From NCBI GenBank assembly GCA_964634565.1, contig CAZWLP010000001.1, forward strand, positions 29,146-93,145: a DNA stretch of 64,000 nt, read 5' to 3'. Within the stretch, counting starts at the first letter, position 1. Each line of letters starts with the position of its first letter. The notes beneath the pieces are model-generated. The model saw only the letters and a program-made list of their open reading frames with translations, was not told the DNA's origin and made no database searches. The DNA comes from an uncultured Rikenellaceae bacterium. Its GTDB lineage: Bacteria > Bacteroidota > Bacteroidia > Bacteroidales > VadinHA17. The position numbers were made by a program, and so were the translations under genes. Shown here piece by piece: positions 40,147 through 49,257 of this stretch.

Positions 40147-40217
40147 TATAAACATCAGGGTAATTCACAATACTTCTGCAAAAAAGGACTCTGTAATAAT
40201 GCAACGCTTTTTTTATA

Positions 40218-40225
40218 TAAATTTG
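40218..40225 (+). promoter_or_regulatory. -7 element 5 nt upstream of the EEP lipoprotein ATG
   Basis: TAAATTTG(CA). Confidence 0.5.
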
Positions 40226-40230
40226 CAGTC

Positions 40231-41139
40231 ATGCAAAAATTCCTCCATTACTACTTAAAGAGTATTACGGGTATCATACTTATACTTATGATCATCCTTG
40301 GATCGTGTCGCAAGCCTTCCGATCCTCCCGCACCGGATACCACAACAAAATATGATGCCTGCTTCGATGGGGGAAGCAGCAGCAGTCTGGATATTGTTAC
40401 CTTTAATGTTGAGCAATTTCCAAAAAACGGATATGAAACGATTGCCGAGCTGGCTACACTTATCAATGCAATAAATGCAGATATAATTGCCCTTCAGGAA
40501 GTAACATCTGATTCAGACCTTGATAAACTGGATGATCTTCTGGATGATTATTCTGCTCTGGCCTACCCTATTGATAATTCAGACTGGAACCTGGCCTACC
40601 TCTTCAGGAATTCAGAAATTCAAATAGATGCCTCCGAAACAAAAATTTTATTTGAAGACGACTGGTATTCATTTCCCAGGCCACCCTTCGAGATTCATGC
40701 TACACATATACCAAGCTCAACCGAAGTAATCCTTTTGAACAATCACCTGAAATGCTGTGGCGGATCAGATAATGAAGACAGAAGAAGGACAGCTTCAGAA
40801 AAACTGCATAATTATATTGAATCTAATTATCCCGATGATGCTGTAATAGTACTGGGCGACCTGAACGATGAAATAGACGGTACATCTGAAGCAAGCAACG
40901 TCTTCTGGGATTTTGTAAATGATCCTTCCGACTTTGCTGTTGCAGATATGATTATAGCTACCGGTAGTCCGCTATGGTGGTCTTACCCTTCATGGCCCAG
41001 CCATATCGACCATATTATTATTAGCGACGAGCTGTTCGACATGGTTGATGAAGTATCGACTCTTAAGGCAGATGCCTGCTATAGCGATTATCCGGATATT
41101 ATCTCCGATCACAGACCCGTCTATTTAAGGTTGAAATGA
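40231..41139 (+). CDS. Endonuclease/exonuclease/phosphatase (DNase I-like) lipoprotein
   Basis: Lipobox LGSC; TFNVE, ALQEV, NNHLK, LGDLND, HIDH, SDHRPV. Confidence 0.88.
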   Translation: MQKFLHYYLKSITGIILILMIILGSCRKPSDPPAPDTTTKYDACFDGGSSSSLDIVTFNVEQFPKNGYETIAELATLINAINADIIALQEVTSDSDLDKLDDLLDDYSALAYPIDNSDWNLAYLFRNSEIQIDASETKILFEDDWYSFPRPPFEIHATHIPSSTEVILLNNHLKCCGGSDNEDRRRTASEKLHNYIESNYPDDAVIVLGDLNDEIDGTSEASNVFWDFVNDPSDFAVADMIIATGSPLWWSYPSWPSHIDHIIISDELFDMVDEVSTLKADACYSDYPDIISDHRPVYLRLK

Positions 41140-41154
41140 TCGCTTCGAATAATG

Positions 41155-41214
41155 GTTGAGATGGCAGCAAGCTGCCAATAGTTGAGATGCCTGCGTCGCA
41201 GGCAATAGTTGAGA
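41155..41214. repeat. Linker-hairpin mini-array: GTTGAGA x3 separated by perfect GC hairpins
   Basis: GGCAGC-AA-GCTGCC (41163-41176) and GCCTGCG-T-CGCAGGC (41189-41203), each followed by AATAGTTGAGA. Confidence 0.85.
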
Positions 41215-41225
41215 ATTTGTTTTTC

Positions 41226-41296
41226 AACCCAGTTTAAACCCAGTCTCAACCCAGTCTCAACCCAGTCTCAACCCAGTCTCAACCCAGTTTCAACCC
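41226..41296. repeat. 11-bp tandem repeat (AACCCAGTCTC), 6 units + partial
   Basis: Four exact units at 41237-41280 plus two variant flanking units. Confidence 0.95.
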
Positions 41297-41302
41297 TTCC
41301 TC

Positions 41303-42340
41303 CTATTCCATTTGTTTAACAACAATAATATATACCGGGAAATGATCACTATAACCTCCCTGGTGGGTTGTGCCAACATAAGTCCTGAAAGGATATCCCT
41401 TGAACTGACCGTCCTGCTGCATCAGGAAATCCTTATTAAAAACCCGGGCTGCATAGTAGGTAAGTGTTCTATAATCATTGCCGAGCAGGCCCTGTGAAAT
41501 TACAATCTGGTCGAAAAGGTTCCATGCGTCGCGGTAGGCCAGGGATCCTATACCCTGCTTAAATAAAGGAAACATACAGTTAAATAACTCCCCCTCTTCC
41601 AGATGATCAATATGATCGCTGGCCCTGAGAACATCTTTCATACTTATATTTACCGGGTCGTCGTTAAAATCGCCCATTAGAATAATATTTGCATCGGGAT
41701 CAATGGCCAGAAGACTATCAGTAATTGCCCGTGATAATCCCGCAGCAGCATTTCTTCTTGGCCTGCTTGCCTTTTCCCCTCCCCTTCTTGAGGGCCAGTG
41801 ATTAACAATAAAATGTACTTCCTCATCAATAAATGTTCCGCTCACCAACAGCTGATCCCTGGTATAGATTCTTTTCCCCTCATCATCAAACAGGGGTAAC
41901 TCAAGACTGGCTGAACTTTCAGGTGTAAAATACCTTGGCTGATATAAGAGGGCTACATCCACACCCCTGAGGTCAGGAGAATCATAATGGACAATCCTGT
42001 AATCAGCATTTTTAAGATAGGGATGTGCTACAAGATCCTCAAGAACTAATCTGTTTTCTATCTCCGATACCCCAAGTATGGCCGGTCCTCCCGGGATGCC
42101 TTCATCCTCACCTATTTTTGAAATAACCCCTGCCATTCTTTCTATTTTTTCAAGGTATCTTTTACCGGTCCATTCGTTAGGACCATCGGGCGTAAATTCC
42201 TCGTCAAGAACACCTTCTGTATTTATAGTGTCAAACAGGTTTTCGAGGTTATAAAAAGCTACCACACCCGCTTTGAGAGATTGAGAATAAAGTCCTGCAG
42301 AAATAAAAACAAGTATAATTATTGTAAGTATCCTTTTCAT
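41303..42340 (-). CDS. Secreted endonuclease/exonuclease/phosphatase family nuclease
   Basis: Signal peptide (LYS-Q); FYNLENLFD, SEIEN, NHWPSRRGG, GDFND, FDQI, YSDHFPV. Confidence 0.9.
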   Translation of the reverse strand: MKRILTIIILVFISAGLYSQSLKAGVVAFYNLENLFDTINTEGVLDEEFTPDGPNEWTGKRYLEKIERMAGVISKIGEDEGIPGGPAILGVSEIENRLVLEDLVAHPYLKNADYRIVHYDSPDLRGVDVALLYQPRYFTPESSASLELPLFDDEGKRIYTRDQLLVSGTFIDEEVHFIVNHWPSRRGGEKASRPRRNAAAGLSRAITDSLLAIDPDANIILMGDFNDDPVNISMKDVLRASDHIDHLEEGELFNCMFPLFKQGIGSLAYRDAWNLFDQIVISQGLLGNDYRTLTYYAARVFNKDFLMQQDGQFKGYPFRTYVGTTHQGGYSDHFPVYIIVVKQME

Positions 42341-42455
42341 AATATTTATCTTTTGCTGTAAAAATAGGATTAAGTCTTATCTCCTCCAATTTGTTATGGC
42401 TAAATTAAAATTTTTACCCAATATTGGTTATCTTTAGGCCCCAATTTTTATATAT

Positions 42456-44960
42456 ATGAGAAACTTAAAATTACTAATTGCGGCACTGGCTTTGTCGGCC
42501 ATTTCTTTGCCTCAATTTGCACAGCAAAATATTGTTAAAGACACTATTGCAGATAAGAATATTTCTGCATTTAAACAGGACCTGCCAACATTCAGCATAA
42601 CAGATTCTGATGCAGATAACAGTCTGGAATCACAAACAATAAATGGACTTTTGAGTTCTTCGTCCGATATTTTTGTTTCGACTGCTGCCTATACCTTCGG
42701 GCCGGCGAGATTCAGAATAAAAGGATACGATCAAAAATATTCGACTGTTATGATCAACGGGTTTATTGTAAACGAAGTTGAATCGGGCGGACCATACTGG
42801 TCGAACTGGGGAGGCCTTAACGATGTGATGAGAAATAATGTTGTGACAAGTAACTCTGCACCGGAAGGAACAATTTTTGAGCCTGTTGGTGGCATTACCA
42901 GGGTAATAACCAACGCTTCTGAATATAGAAAAGGGCTTAAAGCCGTATACTCACTTTCAAACCGTACCTACCGGAACAGGGTGATGCTTACCTATTCAAC
43001 TGGCTTACTTGAAAACAACTGGGCATTCACCGGGTCAGTTTCCCGCAGATGGAGCCAGGAAGGATTTGTAGACGGCACCTTTTACGATGCAAACAGTTTC
43101 TTTCTTTCTGCAGAAAAAATTATAAATAAGAAGCACAGCCTCAACTTCACAGCACTCGATGCAATGTACAAGCGGGGAGTAGGTGGCGGTTCTGTTCAGG
43201 AAGCTTACGATCTTACCGGGTCAAATTACTATAATCCCTACTGGGGATTTCAGGACGGAGGCGTAAGGAACTCACGGGTCAGATCATCAAATAAACCCTT
43301 AATCACTATTAAACATACCTGGAAGGCAGGAGAAAACACCACTATTAAAACAAGCGCCGGCTCATGGTTTGGCAGGGGAGGATATACTGCCCTTAACTGG
43401 TACGATGCCCCCGATCCACGACCCGATTACTGGAGAAATCTTCCCAGCTACTATACTCTGGAAGAAGATCAGCAGAGGATTGCTGCAGGCTGGTCTGATC
43501 CCTCTGTCAGTCAGCTTAACTGGAACCATTTCTACACCACAAACCGAAAAAACCTCTTCACAATGGAAGATGTAGACGGGGTAGCGGGCAAAACATATAC
43601 AGGTTACAGGTCGAAATATATAATTGAAGACAGGCGCAACGATATATCACAGTTTCAGTTTAATAGCAATATAAGACATGAGGCTGGAAATATAACCCTT
43701 AGCGGTGGTATATCAGCAGATATTTACCAGGGACATAACTTTAATGTTATTGAAGACCTGCTTGGAGGCGAATACTGGGTTGATATCGACCAGTTTGCTG
43801 AGCGTGATTATCCCGACGACCCCGATGCTATACAAAACGACTTAAATAATCCCAACAGGATAGTAAAAGAAGGTGATACTTACAGCCATAACTATACAGC
43901 TCACCAGAATAAGTTTGGCGGATGGGGTCTTCTGGAATATGATCTTAACAAATTTTATGGATACCTCGGAACAAGCCTCTCGACAACAAGTATCTGGAGA
44001 GAGGGACATACCAGGAAAGGATTATTCCCCGACAACTCGTTTGGAGATTCCGAGCATCTCAACTTCACAACATTCGGAATTAAGGCAGGAAGTGAAATCA
44101 GATTAAGCGGAAGACATATTGTGCAATTCAATGCCATGTATCAGGGACTTCCTCCAACATTTACTAATTCATTTGTTTCACCCAGAACCAGAAATACTGC
44201 AACACCCGGCCTGACAGCAGAAAAGCTTACCAGTATAGACGCCTCATATATAGCAAGATTACCATGGGTAACAGGGCGGTTAACAGCATATTATACGAAA
44301 TTCAGTGACCAGACAGAACTGTCGAGTTTTTATCATGACGAACTAAGGACCTTCGTTAATTATTCCGTAAGCGGCATTGATAAAGAACACTATGGAATTG
44401 AGTACGGGGCAGAGTTTAAACTTACTTCTACACTAACACTGAATACAGTAGCAGCTATCGGACAGTACATGTGGGTAAGCAACCCAAATATTCTGATAAC
44501 TCAGGATAATAACAGCGAAATACTAAGTAACGATGAGGTATGGGTTCAGTATTTCAGGGTAGATGGTACTCCCCAGACAGCTCTTGCTGCAGGTATCGAG
44601 TACAGCTCCCCGAATTATTGGTGGGCAGGAATTACAGGAAGTTTTTATGATCATATATATATAGACTTTAACCCTGTATCACGCACAAAGGATGAAAGCG
44701 GATACTATCCCAACTGGACCTCAATGCAAAAACAAAATTCGGCCTTCCTTGTTGATGCTTTTATTGGTAAATCATGGGCCGTAGACGATATGTATATTAC
44801 CCTGAGTGCTAATCTTAGTAATATTACCAATACTACAGACTTTGTTACCGGCGGATTTGAACAATACAGGTTTGATCCTTCTAACCCGGAAAGATTTCAA
44901 CCTAAGTACTACTACTATTACGGGTTTAATTATTTTATCAACTTCAGTATAAGAATGTAA
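42456..44960 (+). CDS. TonB-dependent receptor (non-SusC type)
   Basis: Signal peptide; plug with RFRIKGYD..YS.VMING and WSNWGGLND; beta-barrel; no N-terminal extension domain. Confidence 0.85.
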   Translation: MRNLKLLIAALALSAISLPQFAQQNIVKDTIADKNISAFKQDLPTFSITDSDADNSLESQTINGLLSSSSDIFVSTAAYTFGPARFRIKGYDQKYSTVMINGFIVNEVESGGPYWSNWGGLNDVMRNNVVTSNSAPEGTIFEPVGGITRVITNASEYRKGLKAVYSLSNRTYRNRVMLTYSTGLLENNWAFTGSVSRRWSQEGFVDGTFYDANSFFLSAEKIINKKHSLNFTALDAMYKRGVGGGSVQEAYDLTGSNYYNPYWGFQDGGVRNSRVRSSNKPLITIKHTWKAGENTTIKTSAGSWFGRGGYTALNWYDAPDPRPDYWRNLPSYYTLEEDQQRIAAGWSDPSVSQLNWNHFYTTNRKNLFTMEDVDGVAGKTYTGYRSKYIIEDRRNDISQFQFNSNIRHEAGNITLSGGISADIYQGHNFNVIEDLLGGEYWVDIDQFAERDYPDDPDAIQNDLNNPNRIVKEGDTYSHNYTAHQNKFGGWGLLEYDLNKFYGYLGTSLSTTSIWREGHTRKGLFPDNSFGDSEHLNFTTFGIKAGSEIRLSGRHIVQFNAMYQGLPPTFTNSFVSPRTRNTATPGLTAEKLTSIDASYIARLPWVTGRLTAYYTKFSDQTELSSFYHDELRTFVNYSVSGIDKEHYGIEYGAEFKLTSTLTLNTVAAIGQYMWVSNPNILITQDNNSEILSNDEVWVQYFRVDGTPQTALAAGIEYSSPNYWWAGITGSFYDHIYIDFNPVSRTKDESGYYPNWTSMQKQNSAFLVDAFIGKSWAVDDMYITLSANLSNITNTTDFVTGGFEQYRFDPSNPERFQPKYYYYYGFNYFINFSIRM

Positions 44961-44972
44961 GTTAAACCCACA

Positions 44973-46343
44973 ATGAATAATACCATGAAAATATCATATA
45001 AAATAGCGCTGACCCTTTTTGCAATATTTATAGCAGCTGTAGCATGTGTCGAAAAATTTGATACTCCTCCGGAAAATGTCCCCTTCGAAACCGGGACAAT
45101 AGTTAGCATCAGCCAGCTTAAAGCACTTTATGACGACGAGCTGTTAAAAGACTGGTTCGACCGCACTCCTGTAGAAATAACTGATAACTGGGCCATAAGG
45201 GGTATCGTTACCGGAAGTGATAAAAAGGACGGAAATCTCTATAAGGAAGGATATATTGAAGATGCATCTTCCGGCATACTGCTAAAATTTGAATCAACAG
45301 GCGGATTCTACCTGGGCGATTCGGTTATTATAAATGTTAAAGGTCTTTTCCTTGGAGACTATGGAGACTTTGTTCAAATGGGCGGAGTCCCTTATACAGA
45401 TGCAGGCGGAAGCCTCAGGGTCTCGGGATTCAATAAAGATAAACAGATGATAATAGTATCTGTCGGTAATGCTTCACACCCTACCCTGACTACAATAAGC
45501 GAGATAGAGTCGGGTGATTTCCTTGGCAAATTAGTAACTCTGAATGATGTTCAGTTCTCAGGTGGTGATATAGGCAAAACATACGCCGACCCCGTGTCTG
45601 ACCCTCCACAATCAATGAATCGCTACCTCGAAGATTGTGACGGCAACAGTATTATTGTAAGGAGCAGTGGATATTCGACTTTTGCAGGCGACCCCCTGCC
45701 CGAAGGTAATGGCACTATTACAGGGATTGTAACAAAATTTAATACCGACCTGCAGATAATTATAAGAGATATCAGCGAAGTGGATATGACAGGAGAGCGT
45801 TGCGCTCAGGTGCTCGGAACACTGGGATCGCCGGTGGAAACTCTGAGTGAAGATTTTGAGGGCTTTGCAGATTATGATAATATTGAAGTAGACGGATGGC
45901 AGAGTATGATAGTAAAGGGAGGAAGATACTGGATAGCACAGGAATTCGACAATAATTTATATATGCAGGCCTCAGGCCATAATTCAGGGGTTGACGAAAT
46001 GGAAACCTGGGTTATTACCCAACCCATAACTATATCTGCCCAGAAAGTTCTTACATTCAGATCGGCAATGGCTTACTGGGAGCATGACCCCGGCAATGAT
46101 CCCTTTGAACTCCTTTTTTCTACCGATTATAACGGAACAAATATAGAATCTGCTACATGGACTCCTCTCACTGCAGTCTTAGCCGACGACGACAATAGCA
46201 ACTATGAATGGGTGGCTTCGGGTGATATTAATCTCCCTGTACAGACAGGAGCATCAGGTGTTATTGCCTTTAAGTATTCGGGAAGTAATACCGAAAGTAC
46301 AAGTTTTATAATTGATGATGTTGTTGTAAGTGCAGCTAAATAA
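44973..46343 (+). CDS. DUF5689-like lipoprotein (OB-fold-like region + C-terminal beta-sandwich)
   Basis: Lipobox VAC; IRGIVT..D..GNLYK..YIED.SSGI, GKLVTLNDVQF, VRSSGYSTFA..PLPEGNGTITG; C-terminal EDFE...FIIDDV domain. Confidence 0.75.
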   Translation: MNNTMKISYKIALTLFAIFIAAVACVEKFDTPPENVPFETGTIVSISQLKALYDDELLKDWFDRTPVEITDNWAIRGIVTGSDKKDGNLYKEGYIEDASSGILLKFESTGGFYLGDSVIINVKGLFLGDYGDFVQMGGVPYTDAGGSLRVSGFNKDKQMIIVSVGNASHPTLTTISEIESGDFLGKLVTLNDVQFSGGDIGKTYADPVSDPPQSMNRYLEDCDGNSIIVRSSGYSTFAGDPLPEGNGTITGIVTKFNTDLQIIIRDISEVDMTGERCAQVLGTLGSPVETLSEDFEGFADYDNIEVDGWQSMIVKGGRYWIAQEFDNNLYMQASGHNSGVDEMETWVITQPITISAQKVLTFRSAMAYWEHDPGNDPFELLFSTDYNGTNIESATWTPLTAVLADDDNSNYEWVASGDINLPVQTGASGVIAFKYSGSNTESTSFIIDDVVVSAAK

Positions 46344-46355
46344 ACATAACTGAAA

Positions 46356-47600
46356 ATGATTAAATCTATCAAGAAAACAATAGGCCTGCTGGCAATAATA
46401 AGTATACTTACTCTCAGCGCATGCGACAGAGAGCCAATACCTCCGCCACAACCCAGGATCGAACAAATCTCAATTGCAGATCTGAAAGCTATGCACCAGG
46501 GAAGTACAGTGGTAATTGATTCGGCTGTTTTTATCCAGGGAATTGTTACCCTTACTCCCGAGAAAAACAATATTCCTGATTTTGTAGGTTATATGCAGGA
46601 CGAAACTGGCGGTATTACCTTAACAGTTGATGGCAATAATAACCTTTCAGAAGGCTCCGAGATAAAGATTTTTTGCGAAGGAATTGAGCTGTCTGATTAC
46701 AATGGACTTCTCCAATTTGGAAATATAGACCTTGGGACACAATCCGAGCTGATAAGTATCTCTGCCGACCCCATCACCCCGGTTAGTGTAACTATCCAGG
46801 ATATACTTGATGGTGAGCATATTGCTGAACTGGTTTCTATAAGTGGAGTAGAATTCTCTGATAAAGGAAGCTTCTCGGGTAGTCAGACGCTTACAAACTG
46901 CTCGGAGGAAATTGCTGTTTACACAAGATCGGATGCAACATTCTCCGGAGATATTATGCCCGAAGGAAATGGAACTTTTGTTGGGGTAGCTTCTGTATAT
47001 AACGATGCTCAGCTGCTGATGAGAGATCCTGCAGATCTGGATATGACAGGTACAAGATGTGAGCCTTTCTTTGAAGGAATCTTCCAGGAAAATTTTAGTT
47101 CGCTATCCTATTTAGATCCTGTCACCGTTATAGATGGTTGGATAAGCAGTTTGCAAGAAGGTGATAGGGAATGGGCAGGAAATAATTACCTCGAAAACAA
47201 ATACGTCCAGGCAACTGCGCATGGTTCCGGTCTTGCCAGTATGATCGCATGGATGATTACCCCTTCAATTGATCTGTCAAATTCTATAAACCCTGTATTT
47301 TCGTTTGATAGTAAGCTTGGTTATCCAAATGGTGCAACTCTGGATGTTTTTATCTCATCAGACTACGATGGCTCTGCGAATCCATGGAATTATACCTGGA
47401 CAGCTCTTAATCCAACTCTGCCAACGGAGGTCATTCCTGGCTCAAATTATTCAGACTGGTTATCGTCGGGTAATATTGATCTGTCAGCCTATAGTTCAAC
47501 CATATATATAGCATTTGTTTATACAGGTAGTGATGGAGCAAGCAAGCAAACAACAACCTGGCAGATTGATAATGTAATTATTGACGAAAGCAGTAAATGA
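46356..47600 (+). CDS. Second DUF5689-like lipoprotein, paralogue of the upstream gene
   Basis: Lipobox LSAC; IQGIVT, QDETGGI, AELVSI.GVEF, F....MPEGNGTF.G, C-terminal WQIDNV. Confidence 0.75.
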   Translation: MIKSIKKTIGLLAIISILTLSACDREPIPPPQPRIEQISIADLKAMHQGSTVVIDSAVFIQGIVTLTPEKNNIPDFVGYMQDETGGITLTVDGNNNLSEGSEIKIFCEGIELSDYNGLLQFGNIDLGTQSELISISADPITPVSVTIQDILDGEHIAELVSISGVEFSDKGSFSGSQTLTNCSEEIAVYTRSDATFSGDIMPEGNGTFVGVASVYNDAQLLMRDPADLDMTGTRCEPFFEGIFQENFSSLSYLDPVTVIDGWISSLQEGDREWAGNNYLENKYVQATAHGSGLASMIAWMITPSIDLSNSINPVFSFDSKLGYPNGATLDVFISSDYDGSANPWNYTWTALNPTLPTEVIPGSNYSDWLSSGNIDLSAYSSTIYIAFVYTGSDGASKQTTTWQIDNVIIDESSK

Positions 47601-48676
47601 ATAATATAAGGTTTATTTCAACCTTATTCCTCTCTGTTTTTATAACAGGATATCTCGGGGCCCAGGCTCCGTCAGGGTATTATAATTCAGCTGCAGGATT
47701 AACGGGTACCACGCTTCAGCAGGCACTGCATGATATTATCGACAATCATACTGTACTAAGCTATACTCCGGGTCTCTGGGATGCCGTAAAGTCAACTGAT
47801 GCCAGGGGCGATGGAACAGTCTGGGACATGTATTCCGACAATCCTTCAGGAATTAATCCTTACAATTACACCTTTGTTACCGACCAGTGCGGTAGTACAG
47901 GCTATAATTCTGAATCAGACTGTTACAACCGGGAGCACTCCTTCCCAAAAAGCTGGTTTGACGATTCATCACCGATGTATACCGACCTTAATCATATCTT
48001 TCCGACCGACGGATATGTTAACAGCAAGAGAAGCAATTATGCCTTTGGTGAAACAAACAGTCCTTCGTGGACATCTCAGAACGGAAGTAAAGTGGGACCC
48101 TCTTCTGTTTCAGGGTTTTCAGGAACAATATTTGAACCTATTGATGAATACAAAGGTGATTTTGCCAGAACACATCTTTATATGGCTGTAAGGTACTACG
48201 GTGAGGATTCTTCCTGGCCGGGAGGAGATATGACAGATGGCGCACAGCCAAAAGAATGGGCTCTGGATATGCTCCTGATATGGCATAAGGATGATCCTGT
48301 AAGTCAGAAAGAAAAAGACCGTAATAACCAGATATATAGTCTCCAGGATAATCGTAATCCATTTATCGATGATCCCTCTTTTGCAGAAAAAATCTGGAGC
48401 GCCACAGGGATAAGCAATAAGAAGATTGAAACAGACGAAGATCTGAAAATCTACCCTAACCCCGCAGGTGAAGAGCTTCGATTCACAATAAATGAAAATA
48501 TAGATTCAGAGTTAAGCATTCAGATCTGCTCCTTAACGGGATCAGTAATTAAATATCTTTCAATAAAATCCACATCCGAAAACCATATTAATATCCAATC
48601 CCTCGAAAAAGGATCATATATTTTACTTATCAGGACCGGAAATAATATCTACAGAAGTCGTTTTATTAAATTATAA
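47597..48676 (+). CDS. Endonuclease I family nuclease with T9SS type-A C-terminal sorting domain
   Basis: YNREHSFPKSW, DLNHIFP, NSKRSN, KGDFAR, RNPFID; CTD IYPNP...GSYILLI...FIK. Confidence 0.9.
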   Translation: MNNIRFISTLFLSVFITGYLGAQAPSGYYNSAAGLTGTTLQQALHDIIDNHTVLSYTPGLWDAVKSTDARGDGTVWDMYSDNPSGINPYNYTFVTDQCGSTGYNSESDCYNREHSFPKSWFDDSSPMYTDLNHIFPTDGYVNSKRSNYAFGETNSPSWTSQNGSKVGPSSVSGFSGTIFEPIDEYKGDFARTHLYMAVRYYGEDSSWPGGDMTDGAQPKEWALDMLLIWHKDDPVSQKEKDRNNQIYSLQDNRNPFIDDPSFAEKIWSATGISNKKIETDEDLKIYPNPAGEELRFTINENIDSELSIQICSLTGSVIKYLSIKSTSENHINIQSLEKGSYILLIRTGNNIYRSRFIKL

Positions 48677-48689
48677 AACCCTTTTTTAC

Positions 48690-48775
48690 CACGCAGAGCG
48701 TGATCTTCGCTTCGCTCCGACTTTTTACTTTTTCCCTTCCCGGTTTCTGGTTTCCTGTTTCCGGTTTCCTGTTCC
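48690..48775. repeat. Hairpin plus heptamer-periodic tract
   Basis: CACGC-AGA-GCGTG (48690-48702), (ACTTTTT)x2 at 48720-48733, then six CGGTTTC-like heptamers. Confidence 0.75.
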
Positions 48776-48870
48776 CACTTCATATAAACATATCTAGAGT
48801 GATAAATATGATCTTTTTTTTATAAGGATTTTTTTCTTATTTTATGGCTCAAATCCTAAAGCTAATTACT

Positions 48871-49233
48871 ATGAAATATCTAAGTATTATATCAATTATT
48901 TTCTTGCTGGCCATTTCGTGCCAGAACAACGAATCCCAGAAGGCTGATGCCAAAGAAACTGTAGCTACTGAGCTTGAAGCTCCGGTGGATTATGTTGAGT
49001 ATAGTGTTAGTATTGAAGGCATGACCTGTACAGGATGTGAAGAGACTATTGAAGCAGGAGTTACAAAGATAGAAGGAGTAGGATCTGTTGAAGCTAATTT
49101 TACAGATGGAAAGGCCATTCTTCAATTTGATAAAAACAATATCGACACCCTGGAGGTAAAAAATGTAATTGAAGCTGCAGGTTATAAAGTTGTGTCATTT
49201 AATAAGGTTCCTGATTCTGCAATAGCAGAATAA
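48871..49233 (+). CDS. Heavy-metal-associated (HMA, MerP/CopZ-like) lipoprotein
   Basis: Lipobox AISC; GMTCTGCE metal loop; IEAAGY. Likely ATG 48871 (track: 48844). Confidence 0.88.
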   Translation: MKYLSIISIIFLLAISCQNNESQKADAKETVATELEAPVDYVEYSVSIEGMTCTGCEETIEAGVTKIEGVGSVEANFTDGKAILQFDKNNIDTLEVKNVIEAAGYKVVSFNKVPDSAIAE

Positions 49234-49257
49234 GCTCTGGAAGATATCTGATAATAC

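Noticed and set aside
42456-42530. Gln immediately after the signal peptide in many exported proteins
   Set aside because: This is the known Bacteroidota pyroglutamate Q-rule; useful for taxonomy, not novel.
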